Position numbers and translations under genes: made by a program. The notes under the pieces were generated by a model. The model had not been told where the DNA came from and ran no database searches. It was given only the letters and a program-made list of their open reading frames with translations. DNA of 64,000 nt from Erythrobacteraceae bacterium (GTDB taxonomy: Bacteria; Pseudomonadota; Alphaproteobacteria; Sphingomonadales; Sphingomonadaceae). Positions 31,094-43,241 of the stretch are shown in pieces. Position 1 is the first letter of the stretch, and every line of letters starts with the position of its first letter. The stretch lies in contig JAHEAX010000009.1 of assembly GCA_024642525.1 (NCBI GenBank), positions 6,889 to 70,888 of the forward strand, given 5' to 3'.

Positions 31094-32689
31094 TTACTGG
31101 TTATTCTGACGGCCGAGGAAGCGCGGGATATTGAGGGCGCTGCCTTCATCATCATCGTCTTCATCTTCGTCATCATGGCTGTCCGACCCGCGCGACAGGT
31201 TGGCCATACGTTCGAACAGCGTGCTGCCTGCGCCGGCACTTTCACCGCCGGTGACAAGACCGCGCCTGCGGCCTGTCTTCGCCTGAAGGGGGTTGTCCTC
31301 TTCAGCCAGCCGGTCGGCGTTGAGCAGCAGTTCGTCCTGCTGGCTGCCTTCCGATCCGTCTGCTTCCGCAGTCAGGTCGAGCGGTTCGGCATCATCATGG
31401 CCATATCCACCAGTCGCGCCAATCATGCCCAGATCACCGTCGTCGGCAGGATCGGTCATGCCGTCGCCTTCTTCAGGTTCGTCCTGGCGGATGCCGGCAA
31501 GCGGATCGACAATGCCGTCCACGTCATCGCCGTCTTCTTCCTCGCCTTCATCCTCGTCATAGCCGAGGTTGTGGCCCTGATCCGATCCGAAGCCGCCAAA
31601 GCTGGTTTCGGCCGGTTCTTCTTCCCGGATTTCATCCTCACCCGGCAGTTCCAGCACGGGACGCTTGGGTGCGCGCGAACTGCCCAGTGACAGCGAGTGA
31701 CTGTCAGGCGCAGTCATTTCGGCGGATTGTTCGATGCCGGTTGCCACCACCGAAACGCGGATTTTGCCATCAAGGTCGGGGTTGAAGGCCGAACCCCAGA
31801 TGATGTTCGCATCTTCATCCACCAGCTCGCGGATGTGGTTGGCCGCTTCATCGACTTCGAGAAGCTTCATGTCTTCGCCGCCAATGATGGAGATGATGAC
31901 ACCCTTGGCGCCCTGCATCGAAACACCGTCGAGCAGCGGATTGGCGATGGCGCGTTCGGCTGCTTCGAGTGCGCGGTTTTCGCCCTCGCCTTCGCCGGTG
32001 CCCATCATGGCCTTGCCCATTTCGCTCATCACTGAACGAACGTCGGCAAAGTCGAGGTTGATAAGGCCCGGCATCACCATCAGATCGGTGATGGAACGCA
32101 CGCCCTGCTGCAGCACTTCGTCGGCCAGCTGGAATGCTTCCTTGAAAGTGGTTTCAGCCTTGGCGATCAGGAACAGGTTCTGATTGGGAATAACGATCAG
32201 CGTGTCGACATGCTTCTGCAGTTCGGCAATGCCCGCTTCTGCAGCGCGCATCCGCCGCGTGCCTTCAAACAGGAACGGCTTGGTCACCACGCCCACGGTC
32301 AGTACGCCTTTGCGGCGGGCCGCCTCTGCAATGACCGGTGCAGCGCCAGTGCCAGTGCCGCCGCCCATGCCGGCCGCGATGAAGCACATGTTCACGCCTT
32401 CCAGCGCGTCTTCGATTTCGGCCACGGTTTCTTCTGCAGCCGCCTTGCCGACTTCCGGCCGCGCACCTGCACCAAGGCCGCCCGTAATATCGGGGCCAAG
32501 CTGGATGCGCTGTTCGGCAACAGCATTGCTGAGCGCCTGTGCATCGGTGTTGGTGACGATGAATTCGACACCTTCGATCTGGGAATTGATCATGTTGGCG
32601 ATGGCGTTGCCGCCTGCGCCGCCTACACCGATGACGGTAATGCGAGGAGACATGTCATCCGTTGTCGCTGGACCGATATTGATGCTCAT
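31094..32689 (-). CDS. ftsZ: cell division protein FtsZ (long acidic C-terminal linker)
   Basis: [13 protein letters not shown] and the tubulin signature [12 protein letters not shown]-terminal conserved peptide [13 protein letters not shown] at 32689 preceded by GGAGGG. The track ORF is extended to a TTG that contains the SD. Confidence 0.97.
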   Translation of the reverse strand: MSINIGPATTDDMSPRITVIGVGGAGGNAIANMINSQIEGVEFIVTNTDAQALSNAVAEQRIQLGPDITGGLGAGARPEVGKAAAEETVAEIEDALEGVNMCFIAAGMGGGTGTGAAPVIAEAARRKGVLTVGVVTKPFLFEGTRRMRAAEAGIAELQKHVDTLIVIPNQNLFLIAKAETTFKEAFQLADEVLQQGVRSITDLMVMPGLINLDFADVRSVMSEMGKAMMGTGEGEGENRALEAAERAIANPLLDGVSMQGAKGVIISIIGGEDMKLLEVDEAANHIRELVDEDANIIWGSAFNPDLDGKIRVSVVATGIEQSAEMTAPDSHSLSLGSSRAPKRPVLELPGEDEIREEEPAETSFGGFGSDQGHNLGYDEDEGEEEDGDDVDGIVDPLAGIRQDEPEEGDGMTDPADDGDLGMIGATGGYGHDDAEPLDLTAEADGSEGSQQDELLLNADRLAEEDNPLQAKTGRRRGLVTGGESAGAGSTLFERMANLSRGSDSHDDEDEDDDDEGSALNIPRFLGRQNNQ

Positions 32690-32779
32690 TTGGGTTCCCT
32701 CCAAGGGGTGTTATGCAGAATATGTGGTTGGGTGGCAGTTTGGCACAAAGCGAATCGCCGTTGCATAGGGGTAAACCGC

Positions 32780-32788
32780 TTATCCACA
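32780..32788 (+). promoter_or_regulatory. perfect DnaA-box 9-mer in the ftsA-ftsZ intergenic region
   Basis: TTATCCACA lies about 91-99 nt upstream of the ftsZ ATG. A GANTC site (GAATC, 32752..32756) and a single TTAA (32793..32796) lie nearby. Confidence 0.35.
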
Positions 32789-32823
32789 GTGGTTAATTCC
32801 CGAATAGCGCGGCAGATGCGGCA

Positions 32824-34104
32824 TTAGAAGTATTCCTTCACCGCCCGAAGCACCCGATTGACGATTTTCATGCCGCCATAATGGGTTGTCGACTGGTGTT
32901 TGGGACCGATTGACCTGATGTCGACCGGATCAGCTGCAGCATAGAGGCAAAGCCCTGCCAGCGTTGCAAAACCCGGTGTCGCATGGGCTTCCGGGAGGCC
33001 GCGCAGAGCGGGTGTTTTCCCTATGCGGACGGGACGGCCAAGCGCGCTTTGGGCAAATTCGGCAAAGCCTGCCAGTTCAGCGCCGCCACCGGTCAGCACA
33101 ACCTGGTTACCGCGCGCACCCGAAAAACCCAGTTCCTTGAGCGAACGGCCCACTTCATCGGTCAATTTGGAAAGCTGTTCGGTCACCACCGAAACCAGTT
33201 CGGCGCGCGGTATGCGGTTCTTGTCGTCCGCGCCCCGCGCCGTCACGCCCGATGTATCGTCGCCCGGCCCGTTAACGGGGATCATCTCGCGGTGGTCTGT
33301 CGGGCTTGCGATGGCCGAACCCGACACGCATTTGAGGCGTTCTGCCTGGAACCTGCGGATACCGAATGCAGAGGCGATGGCGTCAGTGATATCGGCCGAG
33401 CCCAAGGGAATGGCCTTGAGGCCAAGCAACATCCCCTTGGCATAAACCGAAACATTGGTCACTTCGCCGCCAATTTCGATCAGCGCCGTGCCAAGTTCGC
33501 GTTCTTCCGGCGTGAGGCAGGCATAACCTGCGGCCACTGGCGCTGCGACGACCGATTCAACGTCGAGATGGGCATTCTGCACCGCCTCGATCAGGTTTCT
33601 GACTGGTGCGCCATCTGCCAGCATCACGTGGATGTCGACACCCAGCTGCTCTGCATGAAGGCCCTTGGGGTTGGCCACGCCATTGGCCCCGTCCAGCGTA
33701 TAATGGGCTGGCTGGGCGTGCAGCACCATCCGGCCATCGGGCTGGATATTGTCGCGCGCCGCCATCAGCAGATGTTCGATATCTTCTTCTTCGATGCGCC
33801 TTCCGCCAATTTCGATCTCGACCTTGGTCGTGCGGCTGGCAAGCCCTGCGCCCGAACAGCCGATCCACACGCTGGAAATGCTGGTGCCGGCGTTCTTTTC
33901 AGCGCGCTCCACCGCATCGCGAATGGCGTAGGTGGCCGCGGCCATATCCGTAATATAACCGCGCTTGATGCCCTGGCTGGCACGGTGGCCAGACCCCAGA
34001 ACGACCATTTCACCTGTTTCGGACAGGCCCATGATCATGGCGGAAATGCGGAATGACCCGACATTCACCGCCCCGAACACACGGCCGATGCGCGGCATGG
34101 CCAT
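32824..34104 (-). CDS. ftsA: cell division protein FtsA
   Basis: 426 aa actin-like ATPase (VNVGSFRISAMIMG..., IEIGGEVTNVSVY, VVLTGGGAELAGF). Sits between ftsQ and ftsZ. Confidence 0.95.
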   Translation of the reverse strand: MAMPRIGRVFGAVNVGSFRISAMIMGLSETGEMVVLGSGHRASQGIKRGYITDMAAATYAIRDAVERAEKNAGTSISSVWIGCSGAGLASRTTKVEIEIGGRRIEEEDIEHLLMAARDNIQPDGRMVLHAQPAHYTLDGANGVANPKGLHAEQLGVDIHVMLADGAPVRNLIEAVQNAHLDVESVVAAPVAAGYACLTPEERELGTALIEIGGEVTNVSVYAKGMLLGLKAIPLGSADITDAIASAFGIRRFQAERLKCVSGSAIASPTDHREMIPVNGPGDDTSGVTARGADDKNRIPRAELVSVVTEQLSKLTDEVGRSLKELGFSGARGNQVVLTGGGAELAGFAEFAQSALGRPVRIGKTPALRGLPEAHATPGFATLAGLCLYAAADPVDIRSIGPKHQSTTHYGGMKIVNRVLRAVKEYF

Positions 34105-35009
34105 CAGCTGCCACCCTTCGTATCGAGAATTTCCTGCGAACGGCCCGGAATGCGCATGTAAATCCGTTCCGGCGCACGCATGTCGAAAGTGGCAACCTTG
34201 CCGCCAAGAAGCCGGTTCACCCCGTCAAGCCGGGCAAAGGAAACCAGCGCGCTGGCGGCTTCCGTTTCGCCCTGCGGCAATGCCAGCACCTGGTCTGTGT
34301 TAAAGGTGAGGTTCCAGCGCCGGTTGCCGATCCATTCTGCCGAGGTGACCTGCGGCTTCAGCGCAGGCGCTGCATCCAGCAAAGTGTTGAGTTCGCCCAC
34401 CTGGATTTTCGCACCTGGGCCGGAAATGACCAGCATACCCTTGGCATTGGCGCGAGAAATCGGCTCCAGCTCTGCACCGGTCCGGTCAATCAGGACCAGC
34501 CGGTCAGGTTTGCTCAGCACGGCATGAGGCTGGCGTTCGACAATATCGACCACCAGCGTATCGGGCAGCTGCCGTGAAACGCGCGCGTCCTTCACCCAGC
34601 TAAGGCCAAGCAATTCGGCGCGCACAGTCTGCAGATCCACCAGCGGCATGGGCCGGTCACGTTCGCCAAGCACCCGCTCGTAAACCTTGAGCTCGTTCAT
34701 CCGTTCCACGCCGGTCACTTTCACACGGCGCACTTCAAAGCCTGCGTCAGAGGCAAGGCCGGCCACTTCCTGCTGCGCCAGTGCAGGCACGCCGGCCAGA
34801 CTGGCGATGAACCACGCCAGCGCCGCCCCCGCACCCAAAATCACGACAAGGAAAAAGCGGTGCAGCTGGTCTTCGGTGAACGGCAGCACGGCCATTGCCG
34901 AATCCATGAAAGAACTGGTCCGCGCCTTGGCCTTGCGGGCATTATTGGCCCGGCTGGTGGATGCTGCTGTGCGGCGAACGCCCTTACCGCCGCGCTTGAT
35001 CGTTGCCAT
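34104..35009 (-). CDS. ftsQ: cell division protein FtsQ
   Basis: Basic N-terminus, one TM (FFLVVILGAGAALAWFIASL) and a POTRA-like region (VRRVKVTGVERMNELKVYERV). ATG at 35009 preceded by AGGAGAGG. The upstream ATG at 35024 contains that SD. Confidence 0.9.
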   Translation of the reverse strand: MATIKRGGKGVRRTAASTSRANNARKAKARTSSFMDSAMAVLPFTEDQLHRFFLVVILGAGAALAWFIASLAGVPALAQQEVAGLASDAGFEVRRVKVTGVERMNELKVYERVLGERDRPMPLVDLQTVRAELLGLSWVKDARVSRQLPDTLVVDIVERQPHAVLSKPDRLVLIDRTGAELEPISRANAKGMLVISGPGAKIQVGELNTLLDAAPALKPQVTSAEWIGNRRWNLTFNTDQVLALPQGETEAASALVSFARLDGVNRLLGGKVATFDMRAPERIYMRIPGRSQEILDTKGGS

Positions 35010-35988
35010 CGGCCTCTCCTGCATTCACTCTGCCTGAAGTGCGCAGCGCTTCGGCCACGATTGCTTCCACCAGGTCAGCATAATCCATTCCGCAATAGCG
35101 CGCCTGTTCGGGCACCAGGCTAAGCGGCGTCATGCCCGGCTGGGTATTTGTTTCAAGCACGAACAAGCCGCTTTCGCCACGTTCATCATCCCAGCGGAAA
35201 TCAGTCCTGCTGGTGCCCTTGCAACCTAGCACGCGATGCGCGACGAGGGCATATTTTTTGCATAATTCCGTAATATTTTCAGGAATTTCGGCAGGACAAA
35301 TATGGTCGGTCATGCCGTCTGTGTATTTCGCGTCGAAATCATAGAAGCCGGATTTGGGCTTCAGTTCAGTCACGGCCAGGGCGCGGGGGCCATCGGCGCT
35401 GTCGATTACGGCAGTCGTCAGTTCCAGCCCGCGAATGAATGGTTCCGCCAGCAAGTGGTCGAATTTCTGCCATGGCCCTTCCACATCGCTGCGGATCGGG
35501 TTCCCGTAATTGCTTTCATCCGTCACGATTGCAACGCCGACAGATGATCCTTCGTTCACCGGCTTCAACACATAAGGCCGTGCCAGCGGGTCTTTCTCGA
35601 ACAATTCCTTGCTGGCCACAATCCGCCCGCCGGGCATCGGAATGCCATGCGGCACCAGTGCCTGCTTGGTCAGTTCCTTGTCGATCGCGATGACCGAAGT
35701 GGCGAGGCCGGAATGGGTATAGGGGATGCCCATCAGGTCCAGCATACCCTGCACTGTGCCGTCTTCACCCGGCACGCCGTGCAGCGCATTGAACACGACA
35801 TCAGGCGCAGCCTCGGCGATGCGGGCGGCGACTTGCCGGTCCATATCAATCCGCGTGACCTTGTGGCCTCGGCTTTCCAGCGCATCTGCCACGCCGTTAC
35901 CAGACATGAGCGAAACCGGGCGTTCGTTTGCCCAGCCGCCCATCAGCACCGCGATGTGAAGTTTCTTCAAGTTACCCGTATCCACCAT
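34984..35988 (-). CDS. ddl: D-alanine--D-alanine ligase
   Basis: KKLHIAVLMGGWANERPVSLMSG, then an ATP-grasp core (YVLKPVNEGSSVGV, LETNTQPGMTPLSLVPEQA). The start lies 1 nt after the murB stop. Confidence 0.93.
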   Translation of the reverse strand: MVDTGNLKKLHIAVLMGGWANERPVSLMSGNGVADALESRGHKVTRIDMDRQVAARIAEAAPDVVFNALHGVPGEDGTVQGMLDLMGIPYTHSGLATSVIAIDKELTKQALVPHGIPMPGGRIVASKELFEKDPLARPYVLKPVNEGSSVGVAIVTDESNYGNPIRSDVEGPWQKFDHLLAEPFIRGLELTTAVIDSADGPRALAVTELKPKSGFYDFDAKYTDGMTDHICPAEIPENITELCKKYALVAHRVLGCKGTSRTDFRWDDERGESGLFVLETNTQPGMTPLSLVPEQARYCGMDYADLVEAIVAEALRTSGRVNAGEADGNDQARR

Positions 35989-35989
35989 G

Positions 35990-36961
35990 TCAGGGCCGTC
36001 CGACCCGTTTGATTTCCCATTCCAGGTCCACACCCTGGCTCTGGCTGACCCGCCGACGCACTTCTTCGCCCAAGCCTTCGATATCGGCGCTGGTTGCATC
36101 GCCGGTGTTGATGAGGAAGTTGGTGTGCTTCTCGCTCACCTGCGCCCCGCCCATCATTAGACCGCGGCATCCGGCAGCATCCACCAGCGCCCAGGCCTTG
36201 TGGCCTTCGGGGTTCTTGAAAGTTGATCCGCCGGTCTTGCTGCGTAGCGGCTGCGAATCCTCGCGCGCCTGTGCAATCCGGTCCATTTCCGCGCCAATTT
36301 CAGCAGGATCGCCCGGATGCCCTTTGAAACGGGCGGAAATGACCACGGCTCCTTCTGGCAGGCTGGAATGGCGATAGGAATAATGCAGGTCTTCGACCGG
36401 AAGGCGGTGGCACCCGCCATCGGGCATCACCACGTCGCAATCGACCAGCACATCGGCAACTTCGCGGCCATAGGCACCGCCATTCATCCGCACGAAACCG
36501 CCAACGGTGCCGGGAATTCCGCGCAGAAATTCCAGCCCGGCAATTCCGGCATCACGCGCAGTGGAGGAGACCAGTATTCCGCTGGCCCCGCCGCCACATT
36601 CAAGAACGCAATCACCAAGGTCGGTAACGGTCGCAAATGGCTTGCCCAGCCGGATTACCACACCTGGCACACCACCGTCGCGGATAATGAGGTTGGAACC
36701 AAGGCCCAGCGCCATCACCGGCAATTCGCCATCGAGCAGGCCGAGAAAATCGCGCAAATCATCGGCATCGGCAGGCTCAAACAGCCAGTCAGCCGCGCCG
36801 CCCGACTTGAACCAGACAAGCTTGGCCAGCGGTGCATCAGGCGTCAGCTTACCGCGAAATCCGCTGGTCGGCACCAGCGAGGATGCTGCTTCATCAAGGG
36901 TCGAAAATGGCGCACTGCCATCATCATTCATGGCCCAGTCGTCGGGTTGGTGGGTTGTCAT
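35990..36961 (-). CDS. murB: UDP-N-acetylenolpyruvoylglucosamine reductase
   Basis: FAD-binding GGAADWLF...[13 protein letters not shown] and the C-terminal [27 protein letters not shown] overlap with the murC stop. Confidence 0.93.
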   Translation of the reverse strand: MTTHQPDDWAMNDDGSAPFSTLDEAASSLVPTSGFRGKLTPDAPLAKLVWFKSGGAADWLFEPADADDLRDFLGLLDGELPVMALGLGSNLIIRDGGVPGVVIRLGKPFATVTDLGDCVLECGGGASGILVSSTARDAGIAGLEFLRGIPGTVGGFVRMNGGAYGREVADVLVDCDVVMPDGGCHRLPVEDLHYSYRHSSLPEGAVVISARFKGHPGDPAEIGAEMDRIAQAREDSQPLRSKTGGSTFKNPEGHKAWALVDAAGCRGLMMGGAQVSEKHTNFLINTGDATSADIEGLGEEVRRRVSQSQGVDLEWEIKRVGRP

Positions 36962-38394
36962 CCCTTCCCCCCGTTGCTGGCACCCTTGCTGCGAATTGCA
37001 TCGGCAAGGCCCGCTGCCCATTTGGTGATATCGCCCGCACCAAGGCAGACAACCATGTCGCCGTCTTTCAGATGGCCCGCCAATTCAGTCGCCAGTTCAT
37101 CCGGCCCGGCAATGGTGGCGGCAGACCGGTGCCCGCGTTCCTTCAGGCCGGACACCAGCGCCGATGCATCGACGCCCTCAATCGGGTCTTCACCGGCAGC
37201 ATAGACAGGTGCGACATAGACCAGATCCGCATCATTGAACGATGTCTGGAAATCACCCATCAAATCGCGCAGACGGGTGTAGCGGTGCGGCTGGGCAACG
37301 GCGATTACGCGGCCTCGTGCTGCCTCCCGTGCGGCGGAAAGAACGGCAGTTATCTCGACCGGGTGGTGCGCGTAATCGTCGATGATGGTCGCCTTGCCGC
37401 CATCGACTTCCACTTCGCCAACCTTGGTGAAGCGGCGCTTCACGCCGTCAAATGCCTTGAAACCGCTGCAGATGATATTTGTATCGCAGCCCATTTCCAG
37501 CGCCACGGCCACAGCAGCCAGCGCATTCTGGACGTTATGGCGGCCCGGCATCGGCAAATGGATATTGTCGATACGTCGCACCGTTCCGTCCCGTTCGCGC
37601 AGAACAGCATCGAAGGTATTGCCGCCTTCCTCGGAACGGATGTTTTCCCCGCGAAGGTCTGCCTGCGCTGAAAACCCATAGGTCAGAACTCGCCGGTCTC
37701 GAACCTTGGAAATGACGGTCTGTACTTCGGGATGATCCACGCAAAGCACGGCTACGCCGTAGAATGGCACATTTTCGATAAATTCGACGAAGGCATCCTT
37801 CACCGCATCGAACGAACCGTAATGGTCGAGATGTTCGGGGTCGATATTGGTCACGACCGCGATCGTGCCGTCCAGCCGCAGGAAGCTGCCGTCGCTTTCA
37901 TCGGCTTCCACAACCATCCAGTCGCTGTCGCCAAGGCGGGCGTTGGAACCATACTGGTTGATGATGCCGCCGTTGATCACGGTGGGGTCAATGCCGCCTG
38001 CATCAAGCAGGGCTGCGATCATCGAAGTCGTTGTGGTCTTGCCATGCGTGCCTGCCACCGCGACCGTGGATTTCAGCCGCATTAGTTCTGCCAGCATTTC
38101 AGCCCGGCGCACGACCGGTATCCGGTTGTCCAGTGCGGCCGCGACTTCAGGGTTGGTGCGGCGCACGGCAGTGGAAGTGACAACCACTGCCGCATCGCCC
38201 AGATTTTCTGCCGAATGGCCGATGAAAATGGGAATGCCGCGGGCGCGCAGACGTTCGACACTGGGGCCTTCGGCAATGTCGGACCCTTGCACGGCGTAAC
38301 CCAGATTATGCATCACTTCGGCAATGCCGGACATGCCGATGCCGCCAATGCCGACGAAGTGAATGGTCCCGATATCGGTGCCGACGCCCTTCAT
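36958..38394 (-). CDS. murC: UDP-N-acetylmuramate--L-alanine ligase
   Basis: [17 protein letters not shown] and the Mur-ligase P-loop [11 protein letters not shown]. Confidence 0.96.
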   Translation of the reverse strand: MKGVGTDIGTIHFVGIGGIGMSGIAEVMHNLGYAVQGSDIAEGPSVERLRARGIPIFIGHSAENLGDAAVVVTSTAVRRTNPEVAAALDNRIPVVRRAEMLAELMRLKSTVAVAGTHGKTTTTSMIAALLDAGGIDPTVINGGIINQYGSNARLGDSDWMVVEADESDGSFLRLDGTIAVVTNIDPEHLDHYGSFDAVKDAFVEFIENVPFYGVAVLCVDHPEVQTVISKVRDRRVLTYGFSAQADLRGENIRSEEGGNTFDAVLRERDGTVRRIDNIHLPMPGRHNVQNALAAVAVALEMGCDTNIICSGFKAFDGVKRRFTKVGEVEVDGGKATIIDDYAHHPVEITAVLSAAREAARGRVIAVAQPHRYTRLRDLMGDFQTSFNDADLVYVAPVYAAGEDPIEGVDASALVSGLKERGHRSAATIAGPDELATELAGHLKDGDMVVCLGAGDITKWAAGLADAIRSKGASNGGKG

Positions 38395-39590
38395 GCCATT
38401 TCATCCCGCGTGGCTGCGCCCTGGCCAACCATCTCACCCTGCGATGCGCCGCGCGCATTATTGCCGCCCACGCGAATGACATCCATCATTTCGCTGCCGC
38501 CAAAACTTGTGACCAGATCAGCCAGATCGGATGCTGCCTTTGGCCTGCCGCAATTCCACGATGCATGGGCGGCCGTCGCCAGTGTTTCAGGGCGCTGCGC
38601 CATCGCCTGTATCTGCTTGGCCACCTGATTGGGCGTGAAATTCGCTTGCCTGATGGAACGTGCGCCGCCGGCCTTCACCACTTCGCGAGTGTTGAAATTC
38701 TGGTGATCATCCGTAGCAATGGGCAGCGGCACCAGAATGGCGGGACGGCCCACGGCAGTCAGTTCGGCAATGGTCGATGCGCCAGCGCGGCCGATGAACA
38801 GATGGGCGTCTGCCAGCCTTGCGCTCATATCTTCAAAATACGTGCCAAGCTCTGCCGGTATGTCATGGCTGCGATAACGTTCGCGCACTGTGTCGATATC
38901 TTCGGGGCGGCATTGCTGCGTGACCTGAAGGCGCGACCGCAGTGCAGGTTGCAGCATGGCAAGACCATCAGGCACCACTTCCGACAACACGCGCGCACCC
39001 TGACTACCACCGGTGACCAGAACGCGCAGCAGCCCGTCCTCGGTAAATGGCGGAAAAGGCTCGTCCCTAAGGGCCAGCACTTCTGCGCGCACGGGGTTAC
39101 CCACCAGATGCGCCTTGCTGTCATATTTGGGCTTGAGGCGTTTTACTTCAGGATATGCAATGGCGATTGCCTGAACGCGTCCAGCCAGAATGCGGTTCAC
39201 CCTGCCCAGCACGGCATTCTGTTCATGCACGATGCTGGGAATGCCCGCAGATGTTGCCGCCAGCAAAGCAGGCAGCGCAGGATATCCGCCAAAGCCGACC
39301 ACGGCGCTGGGTTCGAAGGTTTCAAACAGGCGCAGCGCCATGCTGCGGCCTTCCAGAACAGCCTTTGCGCCTTTCAACCAGCTGAGTGGATTTTTGCCGA
39401 ACCGCCCGGCGGGAAGGACATGGGCGGGCAGGAAATCGGGCTTGCCGGGAATTTCGGCACCACGCGCATCGGTAATCAGCGCCACGTGGTGGCCGCGTCG
39501 TTCCAGTTCGACTGCCAGCGCGAAGGCGGGGATCAGGTGCCCGCCCGTGCCGCCAGCGGCCAGAACATAATGTCGGTTTGCATCGCTCAT
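38391..39590 (-). CDS. murG: undecaprenyldiphospho-muramoylpentapeptide beta-N-acetylglucosaminyltransferase
   Basis: [19 protein letters not shown] and [12 protein letters not shown] motifs of MurG. 4-nt overlaps on both sides. Confidence 0.95.
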   Translation of the reverse strand: MSDANRHYVLAAGGTGGHLIPAFALAVELERRGHHVALITDARGAEIPGKPDFLPAHVLPAGRFGKNPLSWLKGAKAVLEGRSMALRLFETFEPSAVVGFGGYPALPALLAATSAGIPSIVHEQNAVLGRVNRILAGRVQAIAIAYPEVKRLKPKYDSKAHLVGNPVRAEVLALRDEPFPPFTEDGLLRVLVTGGSQGARVLSEVVPDGLAMLQPALRSRLQVTQQCRPEDIDTVRERYRSHDIPAELGTYFEDMSARLADAHLFIGRAGASTIAELTAVGRPAILVPLPIATDDHQNFNTREVVKAGGARSIRQANFTPNQVAKQIQAMAQRPETLATAAHASWNCGRPKAASDLADLVTSFGGSEMMDVIRVGGNNARGASQGEMVGQGAATRDEMA

Positions 39591-40828
39591 CTGCGATTCT
39601 CCTTAGCAGATGACGGTTTTTCGGTCAGCAAGGCGCGCAGCCCCGGTGTCTCCCGCGTCAGGAACGGATTGCGCCGCGTGATTGCCAGCAACAGCCCTGC
39701 AGCAAGGCAGACCGCGATGGTGGATGACCCGCCATAAGAAACCAGCGGCAAGGTCATCCCCTTGGAAGGGAAAAGTTGCAGATTGACGAGGATATTGATG
39801 AAGGCCTGCCCCCCGATCTGCGTGGCAAGACCCGCACCGGCGAGCAGCGTGAACAGGTCTTCCTCGTCCGCAAGGCGAACAAGAACGCGCGCGATGAGCG
39901 CAAGATAGATTATCACCACGATGGCGCATACGATCAGGCCGAATTCCTCGCCGATAACGGAAAAAATATAGTCTGTATGGGCTTCGGGCAGGTTCATCTT
40001 CCGGATGCCGAGCCACAGGCCGCTGCCGGTCCACCCGCCGGCAAGCAAGGTGCGCTGCGCCAAATCGACCTGATCGAACGCTGTACCGCCGCCCACGAAT
40101 GCATCGATACGGTGGCGCGCATTGTCATACAGGAAATAGGTCGCCGTAACGAGCGCGGCACCAGCAGCCACGAACATACCGATGCGCTGCACCGGAACGC
40201 CTGCCAGCACCATCAGCACGAACCACACGCCTGCAAACAGCAGCGTGTCGCCAAAGTTGGGCTGAAGCATCAGCAGCGCCGCGACAAAAATCATCAGGCC
40301 GGTGATGATCCACAGCACAGGAATGTTCGGATCCCTGATGCGCCACGAAAGCACCCAGGCCAGCAGGATTGCAAAACCGGGCTTCAGGAATTCCGATGGC
40401 TGGAAGCTCATACCAAGATTGATCCAGCGGCGCGCGCCATTCACTTCGGTGCCGATAATCGGCACGAGGACCAGAAGAGCCATCATTCCGGCGGCCAGCA
40501 CAACGCCGATGCGGCGTGCATTTTCACGGCTGAGCATAGATGCGCCCAGCAGGGTGAGGATGCCAAGGAACTGCCAGCGGATGTGGGCCCAGTAGAAATA
40601 GAGATCGGGCAGCTTTACGGACGCTGTCGAAAGCCGCTTGGCACTTGCGGGCGATGCTGCTGCAACAGCAGCCGTGCCAATGGCCATCAGCAGGATGATG
40701 AGGAAAAGCAGGACGCGGTCAATTTCGCGCCACCAGATGCGCAATTCAACGCGTTTGCTACTGCGATACCGCGATGTCGATGTGCCGCGGTCGCCCGAGC
40801 GGGGGATATAGGGCTGCGATGCGGTCAT
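39587..40828 (-). CDS. ftsW: peptidoglycan glycosyltransferase FtsW (SEDS family)
   Basis: 10-TM SEDS protein. Motifs QPSEFLKPGF, PEAHTDYIFSVIGEEFG, LPSKGMTLPLVSYGGSS. Confidence 0.94.
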   Translation of the reverse strand: MTASQPYIPRSGDRGTSTSRYRSSKRVELRIWWREIDRVLLFLIILLMAIGTAAVAAASPASAKRLSTASVKLPDLYFYWAHIRWQFLGILTLLGASMLSRENARRIGVVLAAGMMALLVLVPIIGTEVNGARRWINLGMSFQPSEFLKPGFAILLAWVLSWRIRDPNIPVLWIITGLMIFVAALLMLQPNFGDTLLFAGVWFVLMVLAGVPVQRIGMFVAAGAALVTATYFLYDNARHRIDAFVGGGTAFDQVDLAQRTLLAGGWTGSGLWLGIRKMNLPEAHTDYIFSVIGEEFGLIVCAIVVIIYLALIARVLVRLADEEDLFTLLAGAGLATQIGGQAFINILVNLQLFPSKGMTLPLVSYGGSSTIAVCLAAGLLLAITRRNPFLTRETPGLRALLTEKPSSAKENRR

Positions 40829-42174
40829 GCCGAAATCTCACCATGTTCAGGGTCAGCCAGCGCGGCAACGAGGTCGCGGAAATGTTCGCCGCGTTTTTCG
40901 TAGTCGCGGAACTGGTCAAAGCTGGCGCAGGCAGGTGACAGCAGCACCACGTCGCCAGGCTTCGCAACGGAAATGGCCCGGCGGACTGCCTCGCACAGCA
41001 TTTCGCATTTTTCCACGGCAACCTTGCCAGCAAGCAATTCGGCAAAGCGGGGGCCGGATTCGCCTATTGTATAGGCAGCGGCAACATTGCCGAGATAACG
41101 CTCGCACTCGCCCAGCCCGTCTTCCTTCGCCAGACCGCCGACAATCCAGTGAATGCGTGGCCGGGGATCGGCGGGGAATGCGGCAAGCGCAGGGGCAGTC
41201 GATGCCTGATTGGTGGCCTTGCTGTCATTGACGAACATCACGCCCTGGTGTTCGCCCAAGCGTTCCATCCGATGCGGCAGGCCCTTGAAGCTGGCGAGTG
41301 CGGGCCGCCACCTGTCGCGCGGAATACCAAGTTCTTCCACCATCGCCACTGCAGCGGCTGTATTTTCAAGATTATGCGGACCCTGCAGCGAAGGCCATTC
41401 ATGCTGCAAATCGGCGATGGCTGGCTTGTCTATGCTGGCCACACGCCCTGCGGGCCGCCTTGCCTGCTGGGCTGTCATGATGGCGCGGGTTGGCTGGTCA
41501 TCCACACCGAACACGGCGAAGTGGACTGCATCCTGCATTTCGAACAGCCGGCTCTTGGAAAAGGCGTAATGATCAAAGCTCTCGTAACGGTCGAGATGAT
41601 CGGGCGTGACGTTCAGCAGCGCAGCCACTTCGCAATCGAGCGAGCGGGTCAGGTCAATCTGGTAGCTGGACAGTTCCAGCACATAGACACCAACGCCGTT
41701 TTCGTTGGGCGCAAGGGGTTCGCGGCCAAGGACTGGCAGGCCGATATTGCCGCCCATCCGAGCCGGAATTCCCGCAGCATCCAGAATGTGGTGGACCAGC
41801 GCGGTGGTGGTGGATTTGCCATTGGTGCCGGTAATGCCCACCACCTTGTGCGGAGGGAGTTCTGCACGGGCCTGGGCAAAAAGTTCGATGTCGCCGATCA
41901 GCGGCACACCGTATTTTTCGGCATGGGCAGCAATGGGGTGGCTGTTGATCGGCACACCGGGCGAAACGATGACACCGTCAAATCCGGTCAGATCGAGATC
42001 TAGCGGATCGATCAGTTGTGCCCGCCCTTCCAGCCTGTCACGCGCGACGTCCTGCCGGTCCCACGCGAACACTTCCGCGCCGCTGGCAATGAGGGTTTCT
42101 GCAGTCGCAAGCCCCGACCGGGCCAGGCCGAGAACGGCATAGCGTTTTCCGGAAAAGGCGGTCGAAGTGATCAT
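40825..42174 (-). CDS. murD: UDP-N-acetylmuramoylalanine--D-glutamate ligase
   Basis: [17 protein letters not shown] and the P-loop [13 protein letters not shown] at 42174 overlaps the mraY stop (ATGA). The track ORF's 106-aa N-terminal extension overlaps mraY and is rejected. Confidence 0.95.
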   Translation of the reverse strand: MITSTAFSGKRYAVLGLARSGLATAETLIASGAEVFAWDRQDVARDRLEGRAQLIDPLDLDLTGFDGVIVSPGVPINSHPIAAHAEKYGVPLIGDIELFAQARAELPPHKVVGITGTNGKSTTTALVHHILDAAGIPARMGGNIGLPVLGREPLAPNENGVGVYVLELSSYQIDLTRSLDCEVAALLNVTPDHLDRYESFDHYAFSKSRLFEMQDAVHFAVFGVDDQPTRAIMTAQQARRPAGRVASIDKPAIADLQHEWPSLQGPHNLENTAAAVAMVEELGIPRDRWRPALASFKGLPHRMERLGEHQGVMFVNDSKATNQASTAPALAAFPADPRPRIHWIVGGLAKEDGLGECERYLGNVAAAYTIGESGPRFAELLAGKVAVEKCEMLCEAVRRAISVAKPGDVVLLSPACASFDQFRDYEKRGEHFRDLVAALADPEHGEISA

Positions 42175-43241
42175 CGTAGCTTGAGCGTTGCCAGCCCCAT
42201 CAATGCAAGAACGATCGAGACGATCCAGAAACGGATGACGACAGTCGATTCCTTCCAGCCAAGCTGTTCGAAATGGTGGTGGATCGGTGCCATGCGGAAA
42301 ATGCGCTTGCCCGTGCGCTTGAACCAGAACACTTGCAGGATGACCGACACCGCCTCCACCACAAACAGCCCGCCGACAATGGCGAGGACGATTTCGTGGT
42401 GCGATGCAACGGCAATTGCGCCCAGTGCTCCGCCAAGTGCGAGGCTGCCCGTATCGCCCATGAACACAGCAGCAGGCGGCGCGTTGAACCACAGGAAGGC
42501 AAGCCCTGCCCCCATGATGGCCGCACAGAATATGGCCAGTTCACCAGCGCCCGGAACGTAGGGAATGCCAAGATATGCCGAATAATCGACGCGGCCGACG
42601 AGATAGGCGATGATCGCGAAAGTGCCTGCCGCGATAATCACCGGCATGATCGCAAGCCCGTCGAGCCCGTCAGTCAGATTGACTGCATTGCCCGCGCCCA
42701 CAATCACAATGGCAGCAAAGACATAGTAGAATATGCCCAGCGGGATAACCCGGTCGGAAAAGAACGGGATATAGAGATTGGTGTTGATCTGGCTGACGAT
42801 GATCCACGATGCAATGCCAGCCACGCCGAATTCCATCAGCAAGCGGACTTTGCCCGATACGCCCTTGTGGCTGTTCTTGGTGACCTTGTCATAATCATCA
42901 AGGAAACCGATGAGCCCGAAACCACCTGTGACGGCCATGCAGGCCCACACGAAGGGATTGGTCAGGTCCATCCAGATGAGCATCGACAGGATCAGCGACA
43001 CCAGAATCATCAGACCGCCCATGGTGGGCGTGCCGACTTTCGCGAGGTGGGTTTGCGGGCCGTCAGCGCGGATTGGCTGGCCCTTGCCCTGACGCACACG
43101 CAACATGTTGATGAATTTGGGACCAATGACGAGGCCAATCAGAAGCGCCGTCATCAAGGTCGCACCGGCCCTGAACGTCTGATAGCGAATGAGGTTGGAA
43201 ACCCCTTCGAAACCCATCCATTCGGCAATCAGATAAAGCAT
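42171..43241 (-). CDS. mraY: phospho-N-acetylmuramoyl-pentapeptide transferase
   Basis: MLYLIAEWM..., [22 protein letters not shown], and the [11 protein letters not shown] motifs of MraY. Confidence 0.97.
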   Translation of the reverse strand: MLYLIAEWMGFEGVSNLIRYQTFRAGATLMTALLIGLVIGPKFINMLRVRQGKGQPIRADGPQTHLAKVGTPTMGGLMILVSLILSMLIWMDLTNPFVWACMAVTGGFGLIGFLDDYDKVTKNSHKGVSGKVRLLMEFGVAGIASWIIVSQINTNLYIPFFSDRVIPLGIFYYVFAAIVIVGAGNAVNLTDGLDGLAIMPVIIAAGTFAIIAYLVGRVDYSAYLGIPYVPGAGELAIFCAAIMGAGLAFLWFNAPPAAVFMGDTGSLALGGALGAIAVASHHEIVLAIVGGLFVVEAVSVILQVFWFKRTGKRIFRMAPIHHHFEQLGWKESTVVIRFWIVSIVLALMGLATLKLR